A stretch of DNA of 20,775 nt from a bacterium. Lineage in GTDB: Bacteria; SAR324; NAC60-12. Every line of letters begins with the position of its first letter. Position 1 is the first letter of the stretch. Under the pieces are notes generated by a model that saw only the letters and a list, made by a program, of their open reading frames with translations, searched no databases and had not been told where the DNA came from. Location of the stretch: contig CBDDTI010000246.1 of NCBI GenBank assembly GCA_965233585.1, positions 1 to 20,775 on the forward strand, written 5' to 3'. Position numbers and translations under genes: made by a program. This document shows positions 1 to 12,608 of the stretch, in pieces.

Positions 1-3427
<3,427 letters not shown>

Positions 3428-3490
3428 ACGTATTGATAAAAATTGGTGGCAATATTTTGTCTCTTTTTTGTGGCAAGAAAAACAAAAAAC

Positions 3491-4177
3491 ATGGACGGAT
3501 TTGATTTGCGCTTTAAGCTACCATCCAACTTACTCGCGGTAGGTCCCACTTCTTGCGGAAAAACGTCATGGCTAAAAAAACTGGTTAAAGATAGGGGCAT
3601 AATGTGCTCGCCCGTTCCGGAATGTATGATTCTATTTTACAAAGAATTTCAACCGGCCTATGCCGATATGGAGCGGAGGATGAACGATGACATGCGTGAA
3701 AAGAGGTTTTGCAAATTTTCATCCATGCCAGAATCGGTTGAAGAGATGAAAGATATACTGGAAACGTTCCCTAGAGCTCTTCCGAAAATTGTAGTATTTG
3801 ACGATTTTCTTGATGAAGTAGGATCGGTGCTAAAGCACTTTTTTACGGTTTTAACGCATCATTATAATTGCTTGACAGTTTTTTTGTGTCAGAACATGTT
3901 CAGCGCCAAAAGCGAACTCAGAATGCTCAGCATCAACTCGCAGTACATGATTTTATTCAACAATCCGAGAGACCGTAGCGCTGTCTCGCACCTAGCTAAA
4001 CAGGTGTACCCGGGTAAGGTGCATCGGCTAAACGATGCATATGCGGCAGCAACCAGTGAAAGACCTTATGGCTATTTACTGTTGGATTTTCATCAGCAGC
4101 AAAATAATTCGGTTCGATTAAGAAGTCATATTTTTCCGGACGAACAGCCTACAAGGGCGTACAACGTACGCACGTAA
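3491..4177 (+). CDS. A32/FtsK-HerA-like DNA packaging ATPase (228 aa from ATG 3491)
   Basis: Walker A AVGPTSCGKT, Walker B IVVFDD, then FFTVLTHHYNCLTVFLCQNMF, NSQYMILFNNPRD and PYGYLLLDF, typical of Polinton ATPases. First ATG is at 3491 (the track uses an upstream TTG at 3443). Intronless. Confidence 0.92.
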   Translation: MDGFDLRFKLPSNLLAVGPTSCGKTSWLKKLVKDRGIMCSPVPECMILFYKEFQPAYADMERRMNDDMREKRFCKFSSMPESVEEMKDILETFPRALPKIVVFDDFLDEVGSVLKHFFTVLTHHYNCLTVFLCQNMFSAKSELRMLSINSQYMILFNNPRDRSAVSHLAKQVYPGKVHRLNDAYAAATSERPYGYLLLDFHQQQNNSVRLRSHIFPDEQPTRAYNVRT

Positions 4178-4207
4178 GAATGGCAAAATCGATAAATAGA
4201 ATGGTAA

Positions 4208-4561
4208 ATGACGAAATCACTAGAAAAAGCAGTTTCTCTTTTAAACGCGGTAAAACATTTAAAAGACCGTGACTGTTCCAATTTCATCGGATGTTTAAAC
4301 GAGGAAGGCATCTATACTTTGTGTCGAATAATACACTACGTTTTGAATGGTGAGCTTACTTTTAGTAAGCGCGTTCGAGCAAAGTTAAGATCGAGAATCA
4401 GGTGTCATCTGCCTGACTTTAAAAAACTGTCAAATTACCCGCGCAATAGTCGAGATATTTGCAAAAAGAAACGAATTCTGCAAAGAGGAGGCATAATTGG
4501 GGTTTTGACGGCTATTGCTAGCGCTGTAATACCTCTAATCACACAACTTATTACAAAATGA
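4208..4561 (+). CDS. Small basic Polinton protein (117 aa) with C-terminal QRGG and amphipathic/hydrophobic helix; putative protease-matured, membrane-active virion protein
   Basis: Ends KKKRILQRGG-IIGVLTAIASAVIPLITQLITK and lies directly after the ATPase. Resembles the small QxGG-helix ORFs of Polintons/adintoviruses. Function is inferred. Confidence 0.72.
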   Translation: MTKSLEKAVSLLNAVKHLKDRDCSNFIGCLNEEGIYTLCRIIHYVLNGELTFSKRVRAKLRSRIRCHLPDFKKLSNYPRNSRDICKKKRILQRGGIIGVLTAIASAVIPLITQLITK

Positions 4562-6684
4562 AGAAGAAACAAGAAGAGGACGTATCCACCATGTTTTTGG
4601 TGCCGAAACGAATTTACCTTGCCGTGAGGGAGGCCATTAGCGAAAATGACAAGCTTAATCAATTAGATCAATTGAATAAAGGTACAAATTATATAGAAAA
4701 GGCTATTCAATTTAGGCAGCAGAAATCCTACAAGTCACAACCGGAAGATTTGAAGAAAACGGTTTCAACTTCGGTAAATACGTTGAATAACATTGAGCAG
4801 CCGGCACAGATTGAGAGGAAATCCTTGCCTGCTCGAAACAGCGAAGAACTCTCACAAGATGGTTCTACTTCTGTCTCTCCATCAAGCGGAAGCCAGCTCG
4901 ATGGTCCTAATTTCATCTTTCCACCTGTAAATCGAGCGGAAGCAGAAAACGTAAAACATGAAAAGGAAATAACGCTTTCGCATCAGGAAATTGCGTCGAA
5001 AGATTTACTCGATAGCGAGCCTCAGCCTCAACGTCGCGAACCATCAAACATCGACTCGAGAAAGAAGAACAACAATCCGCCAGTACTTAAATGTGCGTTT
5101 TGTAACTATGCAACCTACTCAAGAGTGTATTTCCTTATGGAACATTTGCGTAATAAACACAACTACCGCACTAGTCTGGAAGAAGAAAGATTAGCGAGAG
5201 AAACATTGGAAAAGGCCAAGATTGAGCACAATTTGAACAAAACTAAGGACGTTGATGTTGAGGATGAAAGCAGCAATCCATTAGAGCAACAGAACCTGGT
5301 TAGCAACGAACCTTTGCCATCTTTTCGCGGCGGCAAAAGAAAAAATGACGAGGATGAAAACGGCATTCCGCCGAAGCGGCAGAAACTGGTTAATTACAAT
5401 GAAGATGAACCACTTTCGAAATTAAGACGCGATGTAAAAAATAAAAAATTTAAAGCAAAACCGTCAAAGAAAAAATTAGAAAAGTCAACTTTTGATGAAA
5501 ACGAGCCACTTTCTAAATTAAGACGTCAAAATGTAAAAACAAAGAAAGAAAAGAAAAAATTAAGAAAGCTGACTGTTGATGAAATACTTGAACAGGATGG
5601 GAAGCTTTTTACATTACGAAAAAACCCGTTTTACAAGAAGCCTTATAAAAATTACGATGAAAATGAACCACTTTCAAAATTAAGACGCAGTGTAAAAAAT
5701 AAAAAATTAAATGCAAAACCGACAAAGAAAGAGTTAAAAAAGTCGACTTTTGATGAAAACGAGCCACTTTCTAAATTAAGACGTCGAAATGTAAAAACGA
5801 AGAAAGTGAAGAAAGAATTAAGAAAGTTGACTGTCGATGAAATACTTAAACAAGATGGGAGGGTTTTTACATTGCGAAAAAACCCGTTTTACAAGAAGCC
5901 TTATAAAAATTTCGATGAAAATGAACCGCTTTCAAAATTAAGACGCAATGTAAAAAATAAAAAATTAAATGCAAAACCGCCAAAGAAAGAGTTAAAAAAG
6001 TCGACTTTTGATGAAAACGAGCCACTTTCTAAATTAAGACGTCGAAATGTAAAAACGAAGAAAGTGAAGAAAGAATTAAGAAAGTTGGCTGTTGATGAAA
6101 TACTTGAACAAAATGGAAAGGTTTTTACATTGCGAAAAAACCCGTTTTACAAGAAGCTATATAAAAATTACGATGAAAATGAACCACTTTCAAAATTAAG
6201 ACGCAATGTAAAAAATAAAAAATTAAATGCAAAACCAACAAAGAAAGAGTTGAAAGAGTCAACTTTTGATGAAAACGAACCTCTTTCTAAATTAAGACGT
6301 CGAAATGTAAAAACGAGGAGAGTAAAGAAAGGATTAGGAAAGTTGACTGTTGATGAAATACTTAAACAGGATGGGAAGCTTTTTACATTACGAAAAAACC
6401 CGTTTTACAGGGAGCCTTTAAAAAATTTCGATGAAAATGAACCACTTTCAAAATTAAGACGCAATGTAAAAAATAAAAAATTAAATGCAAAACCGTCAAA
6501 GAAAGAGTTAAAAAAGTCGACTTTTGACGAAAACGAGCCACTTTCAAAATTAAGACGTCGAGGTGTAAAAACGAAGAAAGAAAAGAAAGAACTATTACCG
6601 GCGCAAGTACAATTGCGGAAACTAGATATAAATGACAAATCTTTGTATAAAAAATTCCCTAAATTGATTGTTAGAAAAAATTAA
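4558..6684 (+). CDS. 708-aa protein: low-complexity N half, one C2H2 zinc finger, Lys/Arg-rich C-terminal tandem repeats; function unknown
   Basis: Uninterrupted 2127-nt ORF; CAFC-x13-HLRNKH finger at 5092-5160; NLS-like PPKRQK; ten EPLSKLRR motifs; AATAAA at 6705-6710 after the stop. Confidence 0.85.
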   Translation: MKKKQEEDVSTMFLVPKRIYLAVREAISENDKLNQLDQLNKGTNYIEKAIQFRQQKSYKSQPEDLKKTVSTSVNTLNNIEQPAQIERKSLPARNSEELSQDGSTSVSPSSGSQLDGPNFIFPPVNRAEAENVKHEKEITLSHQEIASKDLLDSEPQPQRREPSNIDSRKKNNNPPVLKCAFCNYATYSRVYFLMEHLRNKHNYRTSLEEERLARETLEKAKIEHNLNKTKDVDVEDESSNPLEQQNLVSNEPLPSFRGGKRKNDEDENGIPPKRQKLVNYNEDEPLSKLRRDVKNKKFKAKPSKKKLEKSTFDENEPLSKLRRQNVKTKKEKKKLRKLTVDEILEQDGKLFTLRKNPFYKKPYKNYDENEPLSKLRRSVKNKKLNAKPTKKELKKSTFDENEPLSKLRRRNVKTKKVKKELRKLTVDEILKQDGRVFTLRKNPFYKKPYKNFDENEPLSKLRRNVKNKKLNAKPPKKELKKSTFDENEPLSKLRRRNVKTKKVKKELRKLAVDEILEQNGKVFTLRKNPFYKKLYKNYDENEPLSKLRRNVKNKKLNAKPTKKELKESTFDENEPLSKLRRRNVKTRRVKKGLGKLTVDEILKQDGKLFTLRKNPFYREPLKNFDENEPLSKLRRNVKNKKLNAKPSKKELKKSTFDENEPLSKLRRRGVKTKKEKKELLPAQVQLRKLDINDKSLYKKFPKLIVRKN
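5392..6590 (+). repeat. Coding tandem repeat, 258-nt (86-aa) unit x ~4.6, each made of 96-nt and 162-nt subunits
   Basis: Equivalent positions at 5398, 5656, 5914, 6172 and 6430 (exact 258-nt spacing); the second motif copy is offset by 96 nt (e.g. 5752). Confidence 0.95.
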
Positions 6685-6833
6685 AAAACAAGGTAAAAGA
6701 TAAAAATAAAATCTTCCTATTTTTGCAATTTCCTTCACTATTTAATAACAGCATTCCGTTAAAGTTTATAACAAAAAAAGAGGGGAAAAACTCGAGTCAT
6801 TGCGCGCGTTTCTTCGTCTATGGACCGCTGACA

Positions 6834-6893
6834 TTCTGGTGCCAGGATCTAAAATTTCACGCCAGCGTTAAAATTGAGATCCTGGCACCAGAA
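6834..6893. repeat. Hairpin with perfect 17-bp arms
   Basis: TTCTGGTGCCAGGATCT (6834-6850) pairs with AGATCCTGGCACCAGAA (6877-6893); the spacer is itself partly self-complementary. Confidence 0.9.
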
Positions 6894-6946
6894 AAAGTAA
6901 TGCAGCCATGAAAAATTTTGATGCAGGCGTGAAATTTTTAGTGCAT

Positions 6947-7196
6947 GCACCAACTTTTTCATGCCAGCATTAGACAGAGCAATGCAGGCACCAAACTTTT
7001 GGTGCCTGCACCAAACTTTTCATGCCAGCATTAGACAGAGCAATGCACGCACCAAACTTTTGGTGCATGCACCAAACTTTTCATGCCAGCATTAGACAGA
7101 GCAATGCAGGCACCAAACTTTTGGTGCACGCACCAAACTTTTCATGCCAGCATTAGACAGAGCAATGCAGGCACCAAACTTTTGGTGCACGCACCA
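6947..7196. repeat. 61-bp tandem repeat x ~4, each unit containing a palindrome
   Basis: ATGCCAGCATTAGACAGAGC at 6961, 7022, 7083 and 7144; TGCAGGCACCAAA-CT-TTTGGTGCCTGCA (6983-7010) is a perfect 13-bp stem in copy 1 and near-perfect in the others. Confidence 0.95.
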
Positions 7197-7325
7197 GAAA
7201 TCGGTTGGCATTTAGATGTTTTTAGATTGAATCAGTTGACGTTTTGCTTGCAACGAGAACGCATCGAGATCATTTTAGATGAATTTAGAACGCATTTCCA
7301 TTTTTTGAGATGAATTCGGGCCGTG

Positions 7326-7465
7326 TTTAAAACTTCTATTCTTTAATTTCCTAATGATACCATATGCATTTGTAGGGCTATGAGCGGGGTGACACTACTT
7401 CGCGGTTTTTCACTTATCGCGGCCGGGTCTGGTCCCTATTATCCGCGATAAGTGAGGGAGTACTG
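7326..7465. mobile_element. One end of a pogo/Tigger-like (Tc1/mariner) non-autonomous element; inner boundary approximate
   Basis: Ends CCGCGATAAGTGAGGGAGTACTG|TA (TA|CAGTACTCCCTCACTTATCGCGG on the - strand), with an internal inverted copy CACTTATCGCGG at 7411-7422. Partner TIR is not in the window. Confidence 0.7.
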
Positions 7466-8175
7466 TATTAACACTTTTTTACAATGAGAAAAAAATCTCA
7501 TTTTTAATAAAGATAGACAATACTATAGATAAGACATGTTGAGGTTTTTAGTGCTAACTTTTTACTAACAGAGAAATTGTGCCACCAACATCAAAATTCA
7601 TTGAAGTGAAAAAAATATTTTTGTCCTAGTCGACACGAGCGCCATCTACTGAACTAAAATATCCCTAGATCTTTCGATTTTGGCCTCGCCCCATAGCACC
7701 CGCAAAAAATTTGCTGTAGTGCTTTTTTTTGCGCCGCTTTTTTCAGCGTCGTCCAAAATTACTATATCAATAAACTTCTACAGGTCTGGGTTTCGCGAAA
7801 CCTAGCCAAAAGATTCAAGCTTTAAATTATCAGATTTTGTTTTCCCTGAAAAAGCCCATATGTTTCGAAACATTCGAATTCGAACCCGAAACCAGGTTTC
7901 GTGCAGTCACTACGCAAAGACCCTGCCACTAGCACCATCTTTCGTATTCCTCGCCAAACTATATTGCCAAAGAGCATTGACTAAAATTGGTCATGGGCAA
8001 AAAGGGGGGAAACCACCTTCCTACAGTTGCAGTTAGATGGCCCCACATGTTTTCAGTGACGTCACATGTTGCCTTAATAGAATAGACGGATAACAATGGT
8101 ATATCCATGGCCTGGTTGAGGTGAAAAACTAGCAACAGATAATACATATATTATACTCATAGCTCCTCCACATCT

Positions 8176-8318
8176 GTTTACTTAAACTTTACATTTTTTG
8201 TAAAGTTTACATTGTTATGTAACGTTTATATCAAAATGTAAAGTTTACATCAAACTTTACATTTTGGTGTAAAGTTCACATCAAATAGTTTGATGTAAAC
8301 TTTACATCAAAATGTAGA
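8176..8318. repeat. Foldback-like cluster of short direct and inverted TGTAAAGTTTACATCAAA-type motifs
   Basis: Several copies of GTAAAGTTTAC / AAACTTTACAT in both orientations. Confidence 0.65.
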
Positions 8319-8498
8319 CTGCTCTATATATATATCTGTGGGACTGCTGCTTCACAAAAAGGCTGATGTAAGCTTGCGCTTCATAAGGAGGATGGGACCG
8401 AGTTCGAAGCAGCGCTGGTTCGAAGAGGAAAAAATTCAAGTCAATACGGAAAGTCGAAGGTCGGTTGAACAGTTCGAAGATGACCACACCTTCGAAGA

Positions 8499-8641
8499 GT
8501 CTCAGGCTGATCGGGTCTGGAAATTGGGACTGATCTTCATCTACTACAAGTCCGAGGTCGCAGGCCGATCAGGTCAGGAAATTGGGACTGATCTTCACTT
8601 ACTACAAGTCTGAGGTCTCAGGTCGATCGGGTCTGGAAATT
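8499..8641. repeat. 58-bp tandem repeat x ~2.5
   Basis: Units start at 8499, 8557 and 8615 (GTCTCAGG..GATCGGGTCTGGAAATTGGGACTGATCTTCA..). Confidence 0.85.
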
Positions 8642-9201
8642 CGGACAAGACCAACTCCCAGAAGAGATTTTTAGGATCTCCCAGCTATATGAAGTCAAGT
8701 CTTAACCCATTTAAGCCGGCATTGTTCATGTGAACATGCAAAGTGCCTTTTTAAAAATGACTATAAAATCCAAACCAAGCATCATTTTCATTCAAAATTT
8801 TTTGAACATGTTCCTAATATATTGGAGTAACTCTGATAAAACAAGATTAGTCATTGGAGAAGAGACCTCTGAGTAGGGGGGCAGTCAAAATCATGCTATT
8901 TTCCACCGATGGCGAAAAGGCCACTGGCAAAAATTTGTTGCTGAATATTTTTTTCCGAGTTCCCCAAATGACTTGAAACTGTTACAGTATTTTTTTGACC
9001 TGTATAGGAAGGTTTGTGGGAATTTTTGACTTGATACATATATATTTAGGTATTGTAAAGTCATTCCAAACTTTGCATGTTCATATGAACAATGCCAGCT
9101 AATACAGGTACAAATTTGGCACATTTATAACAAAAAAAAAGTTTTCAAATTTGTTTATAACTTTGATATATGTATATGTATGTGTAGTATATGTTTATAT
9201 A

Positions 9202-9742
9202 CAGTGTTGTTTTTTTAAACAGGTCACTGTGTTTTTTGCGGAAACCACTCAGTAGATTCTCATAAAAACAACTGATATCTCTTCATGTTGCCAGGACCCA
9301 TCTTTTTTGTTTAGTGCTTCATCCTTAATTACCTATGATTACCTCATAATGTGACCCCCTTGCCATAGACCTCAAAAATGGAGGACATGATGGTAAAAGG
9401 TGATTTATTGGTACAAACAGCTTCCTGACAGGTCCAATGATCATTTCCAACAAGAATTGGAACATTCCAATTAAATGGAAAGTTGTAATAGCATTTTGAA
9501 ATTCTGCTTATTATATGTTCGAGAGAGACTCCTTCCTCTCTTCCTTTCCTGTTATGTAGCAGAGAGTTGTGCTTGTAGAAGCTGGTTTTTGATCAATTCC
9601 AAGTGAAATACTGGTCCAATCAAGTTCAAATTAATGCAGAATGTGTGTGATGTACGTAGGAATGATTGAAACAAGGTTTCTCAAAATATTACTGAATAGT
9701 TTTCATGAAAATTACAGTGACCTGTTTAAAACAACAACACGG
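9202..9742. mobile_element. Tc1/mariner-type MITE copy 1 (541 bp), nested in the piggyBac-type element
   Basis: TA|CAGTGTTGTTTTTTTAAACAGGTCACTGT ... ACAGTGACCTGTTTAAAACAACAACACGG|TA: ~29-bp TIR with TA TSD; second copy at 11422. Confidence 0.85.
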
Positions 9743-9754
9743 TATATGTTGTTC

Positions 9755-10335
9755 CTCAGTGAAGTAGTTGTCATTGAGAGCTAACTTCATGGCCTTTGGA
9801 CTGAGATTTGGTCTCATACTTTCATGCTTTGGCGGAAGGGAAGTAAAAAAGAGCCCGGTTTTTTGGCTTTAGCAGGGGAAAATAGAGGTCAAATCTCTTT
9901 CAGTTGGAAATAAACAACTTGAATTCAACTCATGAGATACCTACCAGTTCCTCAGTTATCATTGGGCCTAACTTCATGGCCTTTTGACTGAGATTTACTT
10001 TCATACTTACTAAAAAAAAGCCCTTATTTGGCTTTGGCATTAGAAAATAGTCAAATCTCTTTCAGTTTGAAATAAACAACTTGAATTCAATTAAGAGATA
10101 CCTACCAGTTTCTCAGTTATCATTGGGACCTAACTTCATGGCCTTTTGACTGAGATTTGCTTTCATACTTTCATGCTTTGGCGAAAGGGAAGCAAAAAAC
10201 GAGCTCAGTTTTTTGGCTTTAGCAATGGAAAAAAAGCAGTCAAATCTCTTTCAGTTTGAAAGAAACAACTTGAATTCAGTTCATAAGATACCTACCAATT
10301 CCTCATTTAAGTATTATCATTGGGAGATAACTTCA
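9755..10335. repeat. Degenerate ~160-200-bp tandem repeat x ~3
   Basis: CTAACTTCATGGCC at 9781, 9968 and 10130, with a partial copy at 10327; shared GTCAAATCTCTTTCAGTT and AGATACCTACCA blocks. Confidence 0.85.
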
Positions 10336-10716
10336 AGACCAAAGTCATTCTCTCATTGTATGTATTATTTTTAGCCTTATTTTGGCCAGTTTTGTACCCG
10401 TATTGGCCGGCATTGTTCATATGAACATGCACCATATCTCAGAAACTACACTAGATACAAAAAAAAAATTTCATGCATGTTCTTCCCCTGTCCCTTAGGC
10501 AATGTATATAAAGTTTCATGAAAATCGGACCATTTTTTGAAATTCCGGCTTAAATGGGTTAAAATAAGTTGATAAAAGTGAAGTGTTCATATATTTGAAG
10601 TTTGATATGTATATTTAGATTTGATATAGTGATTATATTGAAGAATATATTTGTGCTGAAATTTTATTTAAAATACAAAGATAGTCTTTATATAGCGAGT
10701 CAAGTCACGTAGTATG

Positions 10717-11342
10717 TTTGAATACACTCATTCTTCATTTCCAGATCGAAAACTTTCTCCAGTGTACTCAATCTTCTCTGAAATGAAGTCGTCTCTGAAA
10801 CTCATGGCCGTCTTCGAACTCTTCAAAGGCGTGGTTGGCTTTGAATGCATTCACTCTTCATTTCCCTATCAAAAAAATTCTCCAGGGTACCCAATCTTCT
10901 CTGAAATGAAGTCTCCTCTGAAACTCGTGGTCATCTTCGAACTCTTCAAAGGCGTGGTTGGCTTTGAATAAATTCACTCTTCATTTCCCGAGAGTACCCA
11001 ATCTTCCCTGAAACTCGTGGTCGTCTTCAAACTCTTCGAAGGCATGGTTAGCTTTGAATACATTCACTCTTCATTTCCCAATCGAAAACTTTCTCCAGAG
11101 TACCCAATCTTCTCTGAAATGAAGGCTTCTCTGAAACTCGTGGTCGTCTTTGAACTATTCGACCGGCTTTCGACTTTCCGGATTGGAATTTGTTTAGTCT
11201 TCGTACTCATGATCGTCTTCGAACTGTTCGACCAGCCTTCGACTTTCCGGATTGGAATTTTTTTAGTCTTTGAACTCGTGATCGTCTTCGAACTGTTCGA
11301 CTGGCCTTTGACTTTCCAGATTGGAATTTTTTTGTCTTCGAA
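10717..11342. repeat. 123-bp tandem repeats followed by related 69-bp tandem repeats
   Basis: TTTGAAT unit starts at 10717, 10840, 10963 and 11053 (third unit shortened to 90 nt); TCGTCTT unit starts at 11144, 11213 and 11282. Confidence 0.88.
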
Positions 11343-11421
11343 GGCATGGTCATCGTCAACTCAAAGGTGGGAAGAGAGACTTATATTTCCCATGGTAGAA
11401 CCTTCCCCACAATTTTAGGTA

Positions 11422-11960
11422 CTGTGCCGTTTTTTAAAACATGTCACTATGTTTTTTGCGGAATCTACTCAGTAGATTCTTATAAAAACAACTGATATCT
11501 CTTCATGTTGGCAGGACCCATATCTTTTGTTTAATGCTTTACCCTTAATTACTTATAATTACCTCATAATTTGACCCCCTCGCCATGGACCTCAATAACG
11601 GAGGATATGATGGTAAAAGATGGTTTATTGGTATAAATAGCTTCCTGACAGGTCCAGTAATCATTTCCAACAAGAATTGAAACATTCCAATTAAATGGGA
11701 AGTTGTAATTGTATTTTGAAATTCTGTTATTATATGCTGGAGAGAGACTCCTTCCTCTCTTCCTTTCCTGTTATGTAGTAGGGAGTTGTGCTTATAGAAG
11801 TTGGTTCTTGATGAATTCTAAATGAAATACTGGACCAATCAAGTTCAAATTAGTGCAGAAGGTGCGTGATGTACATAGAAATGATTGAAACAAGGTCTCT
11901 CAAAATATTACTGAAGAGTTTTCATGAAAATTACAGTGAACTGTTTAAAAAATAACATGG
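11422..11960. mobile_element. Tc1/mariner-type MITE copy 2 (same orientation as copy 1, TIRs more decayed)
   Basis: Colinear, high similarity to 9202-9742 over its full length; TA on the left, CA on the right. Confidence 0.85.
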
Positions 11961-12608
11961 CAGGATTCTAATCGAATCTTACTTGTTTATTCTTCCCATT
12001 AAGAATATCTGTTGCTGGTTTTTCAACTCAATCAGTCCATCCAGTTGGTTAGGTGCATGGCAAAATGCATGGGATATGCGTTAGGGCGCGTAATGTCTCA
12101 GGCTACATGTGCGGTACATGCATTTAATAGGTTTTTTAGACTTCGATTTTTGTCATAAAACAGGCAAAAATGTATTTCGTTTTTAAGCTATCTTTTCTTC
12201 TTCATTGCGTGGCCAACCAGAATTTCAAAAAAAGCGCAAAATTTCTTATCACGAAAGGCTGCTTGAAAGGCTGCATGTCTGAGGAAACGATCGAAGTATA
12301 AATTGCGATATCAATTCTTTTTCTTTTTAAGTACTCTACGATAAAATACGATCCGGAAAGTCGTGAACGTGGTCAGTCAAAGAGTCTTGAACAAGGGAAA
12401 AGACTGGCTGAGCGAACTTCACTTTTCAAGTCGATATCTTGAACACCGAACTGAAGGCCGACTGCGCAACTTCAAAGATGATGGCCGACAGCGCGACTTC
12501 AAAGAGAGGCCAACTGGACTGACTAAGCACGTTTCAAGTCTATACGAAAGGTCTTGAACGTGGAAACTGAGCAAACTATGGAAGGTTGAAGGGTCCTGAT
12601 ATCAATTG

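Larger units (their letters stand above)
8706..10558. mobile_element. Non-autonomous piggyBac-type element (1853 bp including a nested MITE)
   Basis: TTAA|CCCATTTAAGCCGG (8702-8719) ... CCGGCTTAAATGGG|TTAA (10545-10562): perfect 14-bp TIR, CCC/GGG termini, TTAA TSD; no transposase ORF. Confidence 0.88.

Noticed and set aside
6947..7196. CRISPR-like array of palindromic repeats
   Set aside because: Intervening sequences are identical rather than unique spacers; no cas genes; eukaryotic context.
6723..7313. Short ORFs 6723-6911 and 7083-7313
   Set aside because: They are translations of the hairpin/tandem-repeat tail with no protein-like features.
7786..7901. Cluster of short TTTCG/CGAAA palindromes
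   Set aside because: Possibly a MITE remnant, but no termini or TSD could be defined.
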